From a virus, in the IMG/VR virus record IMGVR_UViG_3300003886_000001, positions 1-64,000 of that record: a stretch of DNA of 64,000 bases, one strand, 5' to 3'. Under the pieces are notes generated by a model, which ran no database searches, was not told the DNA's origin, and was given only the letters and a program-made list of their open reading frames with translations. The position numbers and the translations under genes are program-made. Below, piece after piece: positions 20,519 to 30,751 of this stretch (the stretch's first letter is position 1; each line of letters begins with the position of its first letter).

Positions 20519-21331
20519 ATGAAGGTCTTTATCTACGACAGCCCAAATGAATTAAATATAATATTTGGTGAACATGACTCTCTTATTCCCTTTCTTGGTA
20601 CCAACCTGTTGAACTTTTCTACAATGGGTATCATCAGGAATGCTCAGCAAACAGGCGAGGGTCACACAATATATCTACCGGACTCGTGGGAAGTCACAAA
20701 CACGAGTCTTTACTCTTTTTATACAAATGTAATTGAAACCCTAAAGGACCGCCAGACAAAAGAGTATGAACTAGTGTTTTTGATGAGTGTATTTTCTTTA
20801 GCAGTTGGTGATATCTCTAAAGATGATATAGCATATCTAAAACAACATCCGGAAAAGATGTTCCAAAACAACGGAGTTATTGGAGGGTACTTAAAAAAAG
20901 GCCAAGAGCTTCCTACCCCAGAGGAGTTTACTGGGTTTGACGCTTTCTGGAACTTAGATATTACGACTTATTTAGATATTAGTCAAAAGTTGGTTAGTCA
21001 GTTAACTGTTGATAGTATAGATATACCAGAAACAGTAACCGTTTATGGCAACCCATCTGTACTTTCTGATAAAATATCCAACAGCACCATTTGTGCTCCA
21101 TCCTATATTAGTAGGGAAGCATCTGTTGTAAACTCTTATATTGCTCCTGGTACTATCATTACCGGTGAAACAAAGATTTCTGGTAGTAAAGTATTTGGTT
21201 CTTTTATTGAAAACTCCACCATTTTAAGTTCTGAACTGACTGACTCAATTGTGTCAGACTCCCTTATAGAACAGATTAACCTCACCAAAGCAATAGTTCC
21301 TAAAGGAAGTATACTACAATATGAAGGGTAG
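20519..21331 (+). CDS. Sugar-nucleotidyltransferase-like protein with left-handed beta-helix
   Basis: LIPFLGTNLL N-terminus; hexapeptide repeats at C-terminus. Confidence 0.55.
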   Translation: MKVFIYDSPNELNIIFGEHDSLIPFLGTNLLNFSTMGIIRNAQQTGEGHTIYLPDSWEVTNTSLYSFYTNVIETLKDRQTKEYELVFLMSVFSLAVGDISKDDIAYLKQHPEKMFQNNGVIGGYLKKGQELPTPEEFTGFDAFWNLDITTYLDISQKLVSQLTVDSIDIPETVTVYGNPSVLSDKISNSTICAPSYISREASVVNSYIAPGTIITGETKISGSKVFGSFIENSTILSSELTDSIVSDSLIEQINLTKAIVPKGSILQYEG

Positions 21332-21698
21332 ATTTAAGCTATTACGTCCTTATGCAGAAGATATTATGCAAGATTACCTATATGGCGACCTTAATATGAG
21401 TGAGATAGCTCTTAAATATGAGGTACACTACTCTAATTTAAGAAGATTTATAAAGTTTGAGATTAAAGAACGCGGGCTAGAGGAAAGCTTTAATGTTCAA
21501 TATATAAATGTTGAGGACTTTCATTGGTTGGATATAGGGGATACTTTTCAGTTTGCCGATTGGTTAACTATCTGGAGAATAACGAAAGTGACAGAGAAGG
21601 AAAATGATAAGGTATTTGAGCTAATACCTACCCCGTCTAGAAATACACTGCGTCATTGGATAAATGACAGTTTGGTAACGTCTCATGAGATATACTAA
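21321..21698 (+). CDS. HTH-containing protein
   Basis: LNMSEIALKYEVHYSNL. Confidence 0.6.
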   Translation: MKGRFKLLRPYAEDIMQDYLYGDLNMSEIALKYEVHYSNLRRFIKFEIKERGLEESFNVQYINVEDFHWLDIGDTFQFADWLTIWRITKVTEKENDKVFELIPTPSRNTLRHWINDSLVTSHEIY

Positions 21699-21719
21699 GA
21701 TTAAAGAACGCGGGCTAGA
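21460..21719 (+). repeat. 22-bp exact direct repeat (21460-21481, 21698-21719)
   Basis: AGATTAAAGAACGCGGGCTAGA twice, in-frame IKERGLE in both genes. Confidence 0.9.
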
Positions 21720-22356
21720 AAAAAAGATTAAAGACGCCTTCTATAAAGATAAACTTAGCAAGACGCAGATTGCTAAAAAGTATGATTTGAACTATGTGGA
21801 AGTTTACTATTATCTTAGAGAAGATAAGATTAGGAATTATGATGATGAGAATTTAGAAGCCATCTCTATGTCCGACGAGGTTAGCCCTCTTAGTGCTATT
21901 ACTCATTATTTCCAGAGTGTTCATCAAGCGTCTAAGGAACTAGCATTTACCGGGATATTGGCACAGATGTACCGTGAAGAGATAGCTAAGATTGTTGATG
22001 AAGAAGGGTTATCAGCACTGTCGCTTGGGAGCAATAATGAGATTATGCGACTATGGCATAAAAATGCTCAAAAACTTAATAAGCTCGTAGAATTGGCACC
22101 AAAACAGTTAGAGGGGTATATTAACTTGTTTGCTCAGGTATTGGATGTGCAAAGGGAAGTCTCATATGTTAAAATAGTAACTGACCTACTACGTAAAGAT
22201 GACCCGGTCCTGTATCATAAATTACAACGAGCCCTAAACGCGGACCCAGTTGCTAAGAAGGTATTAGACTCTCTAACACGAGAAGACATAATAACTTATT
22301 GGGATTCTGAAGTTGGTTCCGTGGTGCGCGAAAAGGTTCCGGTACTTGAGGAGTAG
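21685..22356 (+). CDS. HTH + helical protein, probable terminase small subunit
   Basis: LSKTQIAKKYDL; immediately upstream of TerL. Confidence 0.55.
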   Translation: MRYTKIKERGLEKKIKDAFYKDKLSKTQIAKKYDLNYVEVYYYLREDKIRNYDDENLEAISMSDEVSPLSAITHYFQSVHQASKELAFTGILAQMYREEIAKIVDEEGLSALSLGSNNEIMRLWHKNAQKLNKLVELAPKQLEGYINLFAQVLDVQREVSYVKIVTDLLRKDDPVLYHKLQRALNADPVAKKVLDSLTREDIITYWDSEVGSVVREKVPVLEE

Positions 22357-22358
22357 CT

Positions 22359-24278
22359 ATGCCAAAAAAATCAGAGTTTAGAGCCACTTCTACATGGGGA
22401 GACCTACTTAAAAAGAGTGAATATGTAGCTAGGGAAGAGGCTGGAGAAACGTACCGTGTAAAGCCTGTAGATTTAAGAACTTTCGTTCTTAGCCACGACT
22501 ACCTAGGACAAGATATGTGGGGAATATCCCGGGTACAAGAAGATTTTCTTAAAACAGGGTCCGACCTTGAAAATGGTATAAACTTCTTTGTCCTATTTGT
22601 GGGGAAGGGGGGAGGAAAGAATTGGTCATCCGGGGTACTTTTCCTGTACATCGTCTATAAATTACTATGTATGTATGACCCTCATAAGTATCTAAACCAC
22701 AATAGCGCTAAAGCTATCACTTTAATTAACGTAGCAATTAACGAGATGCAAGCTAGGAAAAACTTCTTTAACCCGCTGATTAATATACTTCGCTCGGCTG
22801 GGGATAAAGCCTTTAAGCAGTTTGGATTTGACCCAGAAGCTGATATACAGAAGATGCAGGTAGTTTTCCCCAAAAATATAGAAATTATGTCAGCCAATAG
22901 CAGGGCTGGTGGTATTGAAGGATACGATTTGTTGGTCGCCATGGCGGACGAAGTAGATGATGTGGAGTTCCATAGTGTAGATAAAATTGTTGGGACACTC
23001 CGTACATCTTCTCAGTCAAGATTTCAAGGAAAAGAAAAAGTAGTAGTGATTTCATACCAACGATATGTAGGGTCTTCAGGTAAAATCAATGAGTTTTATG
23101 TAAATGCTGGAAACTTTTCCCATGTGTATGCGAGAAAGTACTCATCATGGGAATTTCACCCTGAAAAGAAAGAGTCTGACTTTGAGACATATTTCAAAGA
23201 AAATCCAGAGATGGCGGCGTGTGTTTATGGTTCCGTTGTTAGCGGTAGTTTTGTAGACTCGTGGATTAAAGAACCGCAAAGAATAAAAAATGCAATGAAT
23301 TGGGGGCGCACTTGGATTTTAGATTGGCCTCTACCGTACGATAGCTACAAAATAGGGTCAGAAGAGTGGAAGTCTCAACTTACACATAAAGAGTGGAGGC
23401 GTTCCCCACTATCAGAACATATCTATACAAAAGGTCACAGAAAACACCAGCTAGACCCATATAATTTACCTATTGCTAAACTAGGTGACCCCAATCAAAT
23501 TTATATATTTTGTGGTGACCCAGCATTAGGGTCAGAGGTAAACGGAGGGGATGGTTATGGGATTGCCTTGGCACATAGGGAAATAGTTAGTGATGACCGT
23601 AATCGTAGATATGTACGACCAATAATTGACCTGGCCTTTAGATTTACCGGAAGAATGTTTGATGAAGGACAGGTGCAGATGGTAGCAGTGGAAAAGTTTA
23701 TAACAAGCTTAAAAGACCTACATGGTTATAATATCAAATACTTTTCTTTTGATGGCTGGAATTCTGCCTCTTTAACCCAGTGGATTACTAAGACCTATCG
23801 AAATGCAGTTGTTCGGGACTTTAATCTGGTAGAAACTAAGGATTATACCGCGTTACGAGACGCTATATTTGGTGAAGTTCCGCCGGCGAACGGTAAAGGT
23901 GAAAAGGAAAGTAATGGAGGTATTGATTTACCGTGGCATCCTATTCTTTACGAGGAACTAAGAGAACTACGAGAGGACAGGAGTAAAAATCCTGCTAAAG
24001 TGGACCACCCTACAGGCGGCGGTAAGGACATTGCTGATGTTGTAGCTAAAGCTGTTTACACATTAACCTATGCGTGGCCATTTACGGATATAATATCTGT
24101 AGGAATTCCAGATAGAGAGGATGAGCTAGCCTCTAAAGTGAGAACTGGTGTTGCAACAGACGATGAGAAGCAAAAGTATATGGAAGAAGTATATTCAGAA
24201 ACTATCGGATTAGGTTCCTGGAAAAAGATGCACGTAAAAGATACTATTAACTTATATGATATCTTTCCAAAGATTTGA
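22359..24278 (+). CDS. terL: Terminase large subunit
   Basis: GKGGGKN, MADEVD, GDPA, FSFDGWNS, DHPTGGGKDIADVV. Confidence 0.88.
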   Translation: MPKKSEFRATSTWGDLLKKSEYVAREEAGETYRVKPVDLRTFVLSHDYLGQDMWGISRVQEDFLKTGSDLENGINFFVLFVGKGGGKNWSSGVLFLYIVYKLLCMYDPHKYLNHNSAKAITLINVAINEMQARKNFFNPLINILRSAGDKAFKQFGFDPEADIQKMQVVFPKNIEIMSANSRAGGIEGYDLLVAMADEVDDVEFHSVDKIVGTLRTSSQSRFQGKEKVVVISYQRYVGSSGKINEFYVNAGNFSHVYARKYSSWEFHPEKKESDFETYFKENPEMAACVYGSVVSGSFVDSWIKEPQRIKNAMNWGRTWILDWPLPYDSYKIGSEEWKSQLTHKEWRRSPLSEHIYTKGHRKHQLDPYNLPIAKLGDPNQIYIFCGDPALGSEVNGGDGYGIALAHREIVSDDRNRRYVRPIIDLAFRFTGRMFDEGQVQMVAVEKFITSLKDLHGYNIKYFSFDGWNSASLTQWITKTYRNAVVRDFNLVETKDYTALRDAIFGEVPPANGKGEKESNGGIDLPWHPILYEELRELREDRSKNPAKVDHPTGGGKDIADVVAKAVYTLTYAWPFTDIISVGIPDREDELASKVRTGVATDDEKQKYMEEVYSETIGLGSWKKMHVKDTINLYDIFPKI

Positions 24279-24292
24279 ATGTCCTTGATTAA

Positions 24293-24874
24293 TTGAGTAT
24301 AATGACAAAAAGAAGGGACATCGTCGTGGAGTTAGCCGTTATCAATAAAATCTTTCTTGAACGAGAAGTACAAAAAGTAACTGATGGCAATATGCAGGGG
24401 TTTTTACTAGCTGCCATGGGAGATTTTCCCTATTACTTCTGGGAAGCTCCTGCTAGTGTCGGGCAATACCACCCTAAGGACGAGCGCAAAGCTGGGGGAT
24501 TAGTTTTACACACGCGTAGAGTATGTAAATTAGTTGATATCTTTGTTAGGTTTTACGACCTAACATTATGGGAACGAGATATTCTTTTAGCGGCTTCTGT
24601 ATTACATGATTCTTTTGCAAGGGGAATCCCTCCTAAAGAGTTGGGAGCCTCAGATGTGATGCATCCACTTTATCCATTACTGCAATTTCCATTTAATGGT
24701 TATGCGGATAGATTCATAGATGCTAATAATTATGCAGTTCTTATGGAATGCATTTCTTCTCATAGCGGACCATGGAGCGTAAATCCCCTACTGAGGAGTA
24801 ATAAAAAGCTCCCAGGTATATTTCAGATAATAGATTATGTTGCCAGCAGAGAAAATATAGAGGTAAAGTTATAG
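24293..24874 (+). CDS. HD-domain phosphohydrolase
   Basis: PASVGQYHP, GLVLHT, LHD, SHSGPW. Confidence 0.85.
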   Translation: MSIMTKRRDIVVELAVINKIFLEREVQKVTDGNMQGFLLAAMGDFPYYFWEAPASVGQYHPKDERKAGGLVLHTRRVCKLVDIFVRFYDLTLWERDILLAASVLHDSFARGIPPKELGASDVMHPLYPLLQFPFNGYADRFIDANNYAVLMECISSHSGPWSVNPLLRSNKKLPGIFQIIDYVASRENIEVKL

Positions 24875-24882
24875 GAGTAAAA

Positions 24883-25227
24883 ATGTTACTTGAAGTTGAG
24901 TTCCCTAGAGACGCAGAAGTTAAAGAATCTTCATTTAATTCAAATTATCCTAAAATATTGGTAGATAAAGATGGGAAAGCTAGTGTTTTGGAGTCATCTG
25001 TACCAACTCTATCAAATGGAGAATCCGTAGCTGAGCCATTGGACTCTAAATTTGGAATAAACTACTCATTGTTGACATTTAAGGATACTAAGTCTTCATA
25101 TGTTATTCATTATATAAAATCAGGTCCAGTCATCCCTACACTCCCAATAACTATTACCTCAATTAACGGGGCATTAATAGGAACACTACAAGTATCTACC
25201 GGTGTATCAACGCTACTAATAAATTAA
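24883..25227 (+). CDS. Hypothetical protein, probably virion
   Basis: shares YPKIL N-terminal segment with 28757-29689. Confidence 0.6.
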   Translation: MLLEVEFPRDAEVKESSFNSNYPKILVDKDGKASVLESSVPTLSNGESVAEPLDSKFGINYSLLTFKDTKSSYVIHYIKSGPVIPTLPITITSINGALIGTLQVSTGVSTLLIN

Positions 25228-25239
25228 TGAGGAGATATA

Positions 25240-26445
25240 GTGAGTAATGCTGTTACCATGCACAAAATGGGGCCGAATAAGGAGTATATTCTTATATCGT
25301 CAATGGCTATATTTAGTAATAATCAAAGTGCTGTATTTATAAAACAAAGTGATTTATCCACTAAGTCAGTAACCCTAACCGGCACCGGCTCAGTTCCTAT
25401 GCCTACAGGGGATTCATTCGGGAACTTTATACCAGACGTAGGAGATTATGGACTCGTCGTGTTAAATCCTAGTGGTAGTATCGCTTGGTATGACTACACT
25501 AATGACGCTCTTTTAACTACTCCTGTAGGGAGCCCATATCTAATCAGCAGCGGGAACGACACATGGTATTATTATTCATTTTCTTCTGCCCCCACTCTTG
25601 TTGGTACATTAAATATTCTAAAATTTCCAACAAAGGTAATAATTACTTCCTATGACACAACTGGTGAAATAAATCATGTATTTGAAATACTTCTAACTTC
25701 CTCCTTGTCACTAAATGATATAACCAGTAATTTTACTTTAGCACCAAACTTAAATTTTAATTATCTAAATGATACTTATTTTGTAGAAGCTAGCACTTCC
25801 CATATTGCGTTAGTACAATCTAGTGACTACACACATGTATGGACTATACCATTAACTTCATTTTCATCCTTTAGTTTGGGCGGAGATGACCCTGTTTATA
25901 TATTGAGCGGTGACGGAAAAACTCTATATTTCTTCTATGAGGATGTTAATGGTAACCCCTTCGTTGCTCCAATTGATATAACTACGGGAGTTATAGGTTC
26001 AATTTCTACAGTGCCAGTATCTGCTGCGTATGCGGCTGGAACCATAGGAGTAACTGATAATGGCAGTGATAGACTTCTAGTCTGGCCTGGGGAAGCTGAT
26101 ATATTAGATTTAACTAATGGGGCAATTACCGCCATAGCTTCTCCTAATTTTAATATCAGCGTAAATGCAGACCTAGTGGAAGGATTTGTAGATGGAAATG
26201 GGAGCATGGTCGTATTCTTAGGGGATTCCTCTACCAATAAACTCTATATGAAGATAATACCAAAAGGCTCTACTACAGGAACAGAGTATAATTTAGCAGT
26301 CGGGACTAATGATAGATACGCCGCCTCATTGATGTGGGATGATACTACCCTTTACCTACTATACCCATATGCTTCTACTCAAACTAAGTTATTTGAGTTT
26401 AAGTTAAATCAAGTACCTAATAATATACCAATCACAATACCATAA
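25240..26445 (+). CDS. Beta-rich protein, probably virion/receptor-binding
   Basis: Ser/Thr/Gly-rich, propeller-like pattern. Confidence 0.6.
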   Translation: MSNAVTMHKMGPNKEYILISSMAIFSNNQSAVFIKQSDLSTKSVTLTGTGSVPMPTGDSFGNFIPDVGDYGLVVLNPSGSIAWYDYTNDALLTTPVGSPYLISSGNDTWYYYSFSSAPTLVGTLNILKFPTKVIITSYDTTGEINHVFEILLTSSLSLNDITSNFTLAPNLNFNYLNDTYFVEASTSHIALVQSSDYTHVWTIPLTSFSSFSLGGDDPVYILSGDGKTLYFFYEDVNGNPFVAPIDITTGVIGSISTVPVSAAYAAGTIGVTDNGSDRLLVWPGEADILDLTNGAITAIASPNFNISVNADLVEGFVDGNGSMVVFLGDSSTNKLYMKIIPKGSTTGTEYNLAVGTNDRYAASLMWDDTTLYLLYPYASTQTKLFEFKLNQVPNNIPITIP

Positions 26446-26478
26446 AAATAGCCCGGGAAACCGGGCTTCTTCTATTTT
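26446..26478. terminator. Bidirectional intrinsic terminator
   Basis: AGCCCGG-GAAA-CCGGGCT between convergent genes, A/T flanks. Confidence 0.85.
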
Positions 26479-26723
26479 ATCTCATGCTTTCTATATTGCT
26501 CAAGGAAGTTATCGAGCAAAAATGTTGAAGAGGCGGCTAATAGTGAGCCAAATTTAATATAAGCAACAATCTCTTCTTTAGTCGCGTACTTATTTTCTAT
26601 TAAAAAGTTAAGGTGGGCTTCAAGCATTCCTCCAACTGCCTCTATTTCTTCTTCACTAGGTATATACACTGGCATCCCTATATTAAAGATAAAATCTGGG
26701 TCTTTATCCATTATTCCTTTCAT
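26472..26723 (-). CDS. Hypothetical protein
   Basis: coupled ORF in minus-strand operon. Confidence 0.6.
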   Translation of the reverse strand: MKGIMDKDPDFIFNIGMPVYIPSEEEIEAVGGMLEAHLNFLIENKYATKEEIVAYIKFGSLLAASSTFLLDNFLEQYRKHEIK

Positions 26724-27171
26724 CGTACTCTTCGCTCTCTAGATAGTCTGTGCCTATTTTAATGTTAAGCAGTTTTACGTTGGTAACGGGAACATCGTAG
26801 TGTCTATGTTCGGAGGTGTCCTTACGACGTATATACACTATATTATCAACAATACGTACAATACGATATTCTCTAGCGTACCTCCTCTTGCTCAGAACTC
26901 TTTTTAGCATTTTTGCTAGAATATATACACTATCACCTACCTTTAGTTTAGAGACTGACCTACACTCTTTGAAGATAGGGATACTTATCTTACTGATAAC
27001 CCTTTCTTTAAGTATAGACGTGATGGAGTTTTTCTTAAACCACCCACATGTAGTAGGAGGTCGTCCTCGCTTATAAGGAGTAATAAAATAATTTCCGCAT
27101 GCTGTACACTTTCTACTATGGGGAACCTGTTGACCATGGCTCTCTGTACAGTCTTTTACGTTAATTTTCAT
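26704..27171 (-). CDS. Zn-ribbon/GRP/SH3-like protein
   Basis: CTACG...KRGRPPTTC; paralog of 58870-59232. Confidence 0.6.
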   Translation of the reverse strand: MKINVKDCTESHGQQVPHSRKCTACGNYFITPYKRGRPPTTCGWFKKNSITSILKERVISKISIPIFKECRSVSKLKVGDSVYILAKMLKRVLSKRRYAREYRIVRIVDNIVYIRRKDTSEHRHYDVPVTNVKLLNIKIGTDYLESEEYDERNNG

Positions 27172-27596
27172 TATTCCTCTTTTCTGAATAGTACAACATT
27201 GTTAAGTTTGTCAAGTAGGTTTTCATGTAATTCATAGTTATTATTAAATTGATAAAGATAGTATATCACTCCTTGATTTTTTAGTGCAACTTCTTGTAGA
27301 TATCGTAGGCTACTTTCTACTAGATACTCGTCTTGTTTAGCAGCGTAGTGTAGACGGTCTGGCAGCCCTAAGAATCTTACATTTCCAGAAACAAACGTAG
27401 GAGTCATTATACCATTAGTTATTAACCATCCCCACTGCTTAACTAAATGTGGGTATAGTTTGGCTGCTTCTTTAGTCATCTTATTAACTACTACTAATTT
27501 CCCGTCTTTTCGTACGAAACTAGTAATAGGTAATACCAAAGTGTTCTCTTCACCAGCATAACTAAGGTAAGAGTCCTCTGGAACAACCACTACCAT
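27171..27596 (-). CDS. Macrodomain-like protein (divergent)
   Basis: LVLPITSFVRKDGKLV...AAKLYP resembles phage macro-like family. Confidence 0.45.
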   Translation of the reverse strand: MVVVVPEDSYLSYAGEENTLVLPITSFVRKDGKLVVVNKMTKEAAKLYPHLVKQWGWLITNGIMTPTFVSGNVRFLGLPDRLHYAAKQDEYLVESSLRYLQEVALKNQGVIYYLYQFNNNYELHENLLDKLNNVVLFRKEE

Positions 27597-27946
27597 TATA
27601 CAGAATACCTGTTCAGCCCAAATAAGATATCAGGTTCGACTGCCTTTTCCACTACAGCAGCTACTTTGCCAGCACGGGCGGCTGAAAGATGGGATTGTAA
27701 CCATAGCTTAGTAGAGGGGCGGAAATTATAATGAATATTGTGGTCATAGATTCTTTCTGCGAATGCCGATAGCACATCCTCTAGTGTACGATATTTATTT
27801 TCATTTACAAATATCGTAGTAGGGGTAAAAGATGTTTGTCTTGACCCTATCTCGACTGTAGCGTCAGATATATGACTATACAAGAGAATATCCCGGATAT
27901 GTTTACTTAACTTCTCTGTTTTTGAAGATAATTTTACTAGTATCAT
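27596..27946 (-). CDS. Hypothetical protein
   Basis: RBS AAGGAGA. Confidence 0.6.
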   Translation of the reverse strand: MILVKLSSKTEKLSKHIRDILLYSHISDATVEIGSRQTSFTPTTIFVNENKYRTLEDVLSAFAERIYDHNIHYNFRPSTKLWLQSHLSAARAGKVAAVVEKAVEPDILFGLNRYSV

Positions 27947-27971
27947 CGTAGTTTCTCCTTCAGCTACGATA

Positions 27972-27994
27972 ATTATAGCAATTCTCCATATTAG
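27972..27994 (-). promoter_or_regulatory. Class II promoter variant
   Basis: CTAAT-N12-TATAAT. Confidence 0.5.
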
Positions 27995-28006
27995 ATATAT
28001 GAGAGC

Positions 28007-28675
28007 TTAGACTCGTAGCTCATATGGCCAGTTTTGTATTATTTCGGTAATTACAGGGTCTCTCATAATCTCTGTCAGAGTTATTTCTCGTATATATGGT
28101 AGAGACTTAGAAAGTTCTATGATATAATCCATTCCTGTAGCTGGTGCGTAGATGTCGTTCTGGTTTTCATCACCTGTTACAACTATTTTACTATGGTTTC
28201 CGAGCCTAGTCAAAATCATAAGCATCTGTTGTGGAGTTATGTTTTGCGCCTCATCAACGATGAGTAATTCATTCTCTACTGTTGTTCCCCTCATAAATGC
28301 TAGCGGCGCTCTTCTAATTTTTCCTGCAATAACGAGGGAGTCAAAGGTTTTTTCTCCAGCATCACCAAACTTGTTAAAGAATGAAATTATAGGTATAAGA
28401 AATGGGTCCATTTTATCTTCTAATTTGCCTGGCAGAAACCCTATCTTTTCAGTAGTTACTGACGGCCGCGTAACGGCGATTCTGTCAATTCCATTGTCTT
28501 CTAGTAATAACTTCATAGCAGTATAGACAGCGGTAAATGTTTTTGCGGTGCCAGCTACCCCTCTTAAGACTACTATCTTGTTGTTTCTTATCGCATCTAC
28601 CGCAACTAATTGTAATTGGTTGAGGTGGTACTTCTTTAGAAGAGAACGGGTACTGAGGCCCTTTTTGGTAGCCAT
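28007..28675 (-). CDS. phoH: PhoH-family ATPase
   Basis: GVAGTAKT, TRP, IGFLPG, AFMRGTT, DEAQN, GDENQND. Confidence 0.93.
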   Translation of the reverse strand: MATKKGLSTRSLLKKYHLNQLQLVAVDAIRNNKIVVLRGVAGTAKTFTAVYTAMKLLLEDNGIDRIAVTRPSVTTEKIGFLPGKLEDKMDPFLIPIISFFNKFGDAGEKTFDSLVIAGKIRRAPLAFMRGTTVENELLIVDEAQNITPQQMLMILTRLGNHSKIVVTGDENQNDIYAPATGMDYIIELSKSLPYIREITLTEIMRDPVITEIIQNWPYELRV

Positions 28676-28689
28676 AATTCTCCTTTAGT

Positions 28690-28730
28690 AATAAACAAAA
28701 GTAGCCCCATCGGTTTCCCGAGACGCTACT
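28690..28730 (-). terminator. Probable intrinsic terminator after 28757-29689
   Basis: TAGC..TCGG-GAAA-CCGA..GCTA then CTTTTGTTT on minus strand. Confidence 0.55.
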
Positions 28731-28756
28731 AATAACTTTATGAGATGTAGTCATAT

Positions 28757-29689
28757 TTATACAGCAATAGCACTACTAGCGGATAATCCGTTGTCATTCA
28801 TTACCATGTACGATATAGAGTTTCCGGAAGTTACCCCAGAAGCTAAATCAGCGTATACCGCAGAGTTACCGGGTATTGTAGGACCATCTACTTTGGCAAT
28901 CAGGGTGTAGGAAGACGCAGCTATAGCATAGACGCTTATACCGATTAAAGAAGCAGTATAAGTGGCTGTTGCGTCACCGTTAACTACGGAAATAGTTATA
29001 ACATCATTGATGGCAACGGTTATCTTATCAGTAAAAGTCTGGCCACCAGCAACAGCAGGCAAGGGATGGGTAGCTTTTGTCACTGCATTAACTTGAACAT
29101 TAACTGTACTAGCTACTGAAGGTGCAACTGAAGGTGTAAGGGTATATCCGATAGATAAGTCTTCACTAGCCGTGGCCGTATAGCTGTAGACCGTAGTTGT
29201 GGCACTAATGGCAGCTGTAGCAGTTCCTGGATTATTAGCCACGGGAGTGCTACTGAAAGTGGCATACGTAGGTGTTCTGTACACGTCGGTTGGAGATAAA
29301 TAGGTATTAGTCCAACTAAGGTTGGCGGCACTGGCTATAGGAGTATTCCACGCAGCGGTAAGAACAGGCGCTGGGACTGCTTTATGTACCACGTTATTTT
29401 CTCCCGCGCTATCTAGATATATCATTGTATCAAAATCTTTTCCTAGTGCCAAACTATATGTAGTAGAATTTACCACGACTGAGGTGTCAACATCAGGTTC
29501 CCAGACAACCCAAGTATCATCTACCCCGACTAAAGGGGTAAGTATGTTTGACTCATCTGTAGAATCTGCGATAGCTTCATAAGCGCCAGTTGTCCCGTTT
29601 ATCAATATTTTAGGATACTTTGACCCTGAGGTAAAGGCGTTACTACCACCTACTGTCTTTTTTACTAAATTAGCATATCTTTGAACCAT
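28757..29689 (-). CDS. Ala/Thr/Ser-rich virion-like protein (Ig/FN3-like)
   Basis: composition; NLSWTN; YPKIL N-terminus. Confidence 0.6.
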   Translation of the reverse strand: MVQRYANLVKKTVGGSNAFTSGSKYPKILINGTTGAYEAIADSTDESNILTPLVGVDDTWVVWEPDVDTSVVVNSTTYSLALGKDFDTMIYLDSAGENNVVHKAVPAPVLTAAWNTPIASAANLSWTNTYLSPTDVYRTPTYATFSSTPVANNPGTATAAISATTTVYSYTATASEDLSIGYTLTPSVAPSVASTVNVQVNAVTKATHPLPAVAGGQTFTDKITVAINDVITISVVNGDATATYTASLIGISVYAIAASSYTLIAKVDGPTIPGNSAVYADLASGVTSGNSISYMVMNDNGLSASSAIAV

Positions 29690-29701
29690 CTCTCTCTCCT
29701 A

Positions 29702-29896
29702 TTAAAGTACGTACTTAGCGAGTTCTCCGCTATCGTCCGTTTCTTCTGTTTCATCATTATGTTCTGTAAGCCTATGCTGCAAATGCACAATGAATCTCCT
29801 GACTTCATTTACGTGCAAATTAGTTAGTTCGTCATCATTTAAAATATCTTCAACTACCTCCATTATTACGATTCTATGGTTATTAGTATCTGACAT
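29702..29896 (-). CDS. Hypothetical acidic protein (leaderless)
   Basis: TGG-TATAAT 6 nt before ATG 29896. Confidence 0.6.
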   Translation of the reverse strand: MSDTNNHRIVIMEVVEDILNDDELTNLHVNEVRRFIVHLQHRLTEHNDETEETDDSGELAKYVL

Positions 29897-29937
29897 GAGG
29901 CTATTATACCATGATGGTGGCGAGCAACACAACCGGA

Positions 29938-30126
29938 TTATAGTGGTGGAAACAACGTGATGGTATATTCATTTAACCCTTCCAAAGCATGTGTAATAAT
30001 CGGTTTAATTTCTAAATCCCCAGCTACTTTAAGCTCTTTTGCTAGTTCCCCTCTCGCTATCCCAGTGCAGTTAATAGGAATTACAATTAGGTCGGAATCG
30101 AAGATACTAGTTTCTAGAAAAGCCAT
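29938..30126 (-). CDS. Truncated macrodomain-like protein
   Basis: SIFDSDLIVIPINCTGIARGELAKELK resembles VNTVNCVGVMGKGIA of Poa1p/DarG macrodomains. Confidence 0.5.
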   Translation of the reverse strand: MAFLETSIFDSDLIVIPINCTGIARGELAKELKVAGDLEIKPIITHALEGLNEYTITLFPPL

Positions 30127-30751
30127 GTTTCCATTCCATCCAATCTCTAATTTCAGTTACAACCTCGTCAGCAGTTAGGTCGTTTTCTACTGGTGACCAC
30201 TTTAACATTGGTGCGGTATTCAAGTCAATAGCAAACCACCCTACGGTATAGTTACCAACGTAGTCAATTGCTAAGAGGGGAAATTCTTTATTGTACAGCA
30301 TATTCTCAAAAACGGAATGAACTGTATCTATTGAGACGTCTCCAACATTTGACTTCCATGGATGACTAGAGGAATACTGTAGTTTGGTTAACAAATGTCC
30401 CAGCTGTAGCCTCCGAATTGTGAATTTATGGGGGATAAAGACGCTTGCAAAACTGTTTGGGTATTGACTTAATGCGTCCTTAGCACCCATCTTTTCTTTG
30501 CCAGTCCCGGCATGTGCATAAGGGTCAGTATAAACCACAAAGTCCTTAGTTGGTCCAAACCGGTCGTATAGAGCAGTTACTGTACCGTGTGTAACAACAT
30601 TTTCTCCTAAGGACTTTAAGTATTCAAATGCATCCTTTCTGTGGGCAGCCCGGGACATCCGCTTAAATACATGATGAGGCTCTTTATTTATCAGTATATC
30701 AAAATGATGGTCATAATAATCAATGAAATCTGTTTTAAGTAGTAGCTTCAT
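30107..30751 (-). CDS. ATP-grasp-like protein (partial fold)
   Basis: LLAIDYV...FAIDLNTAP. Confidence 0.55.
   Translation of the reverse strand: MKLLLKTDFIDYYDHHFDILINKEPHHVFKRMSRAAHRKDAFEYLKSLGENVVTHGTVTALYDRFGPTKDFVVYTDPYAHAGTGKEKMGAKDALSQYPNSFASVFIPHKFTIRRLQLGHLLTKLQYSSSHPWKSNVGDVSIDTVHSVFENMLYNKEFPLLAIDYVGNYTVGWFAIDLNTAPMLKWSPVENDLTADEVVTEIRDWMEWKHGFSRN

Noticed and set aside
28485-28754. ORF overlapping phoH
   Set aside because: It spans a terminator-like hairpin and the phoH RBS in another frame; likely spurious.
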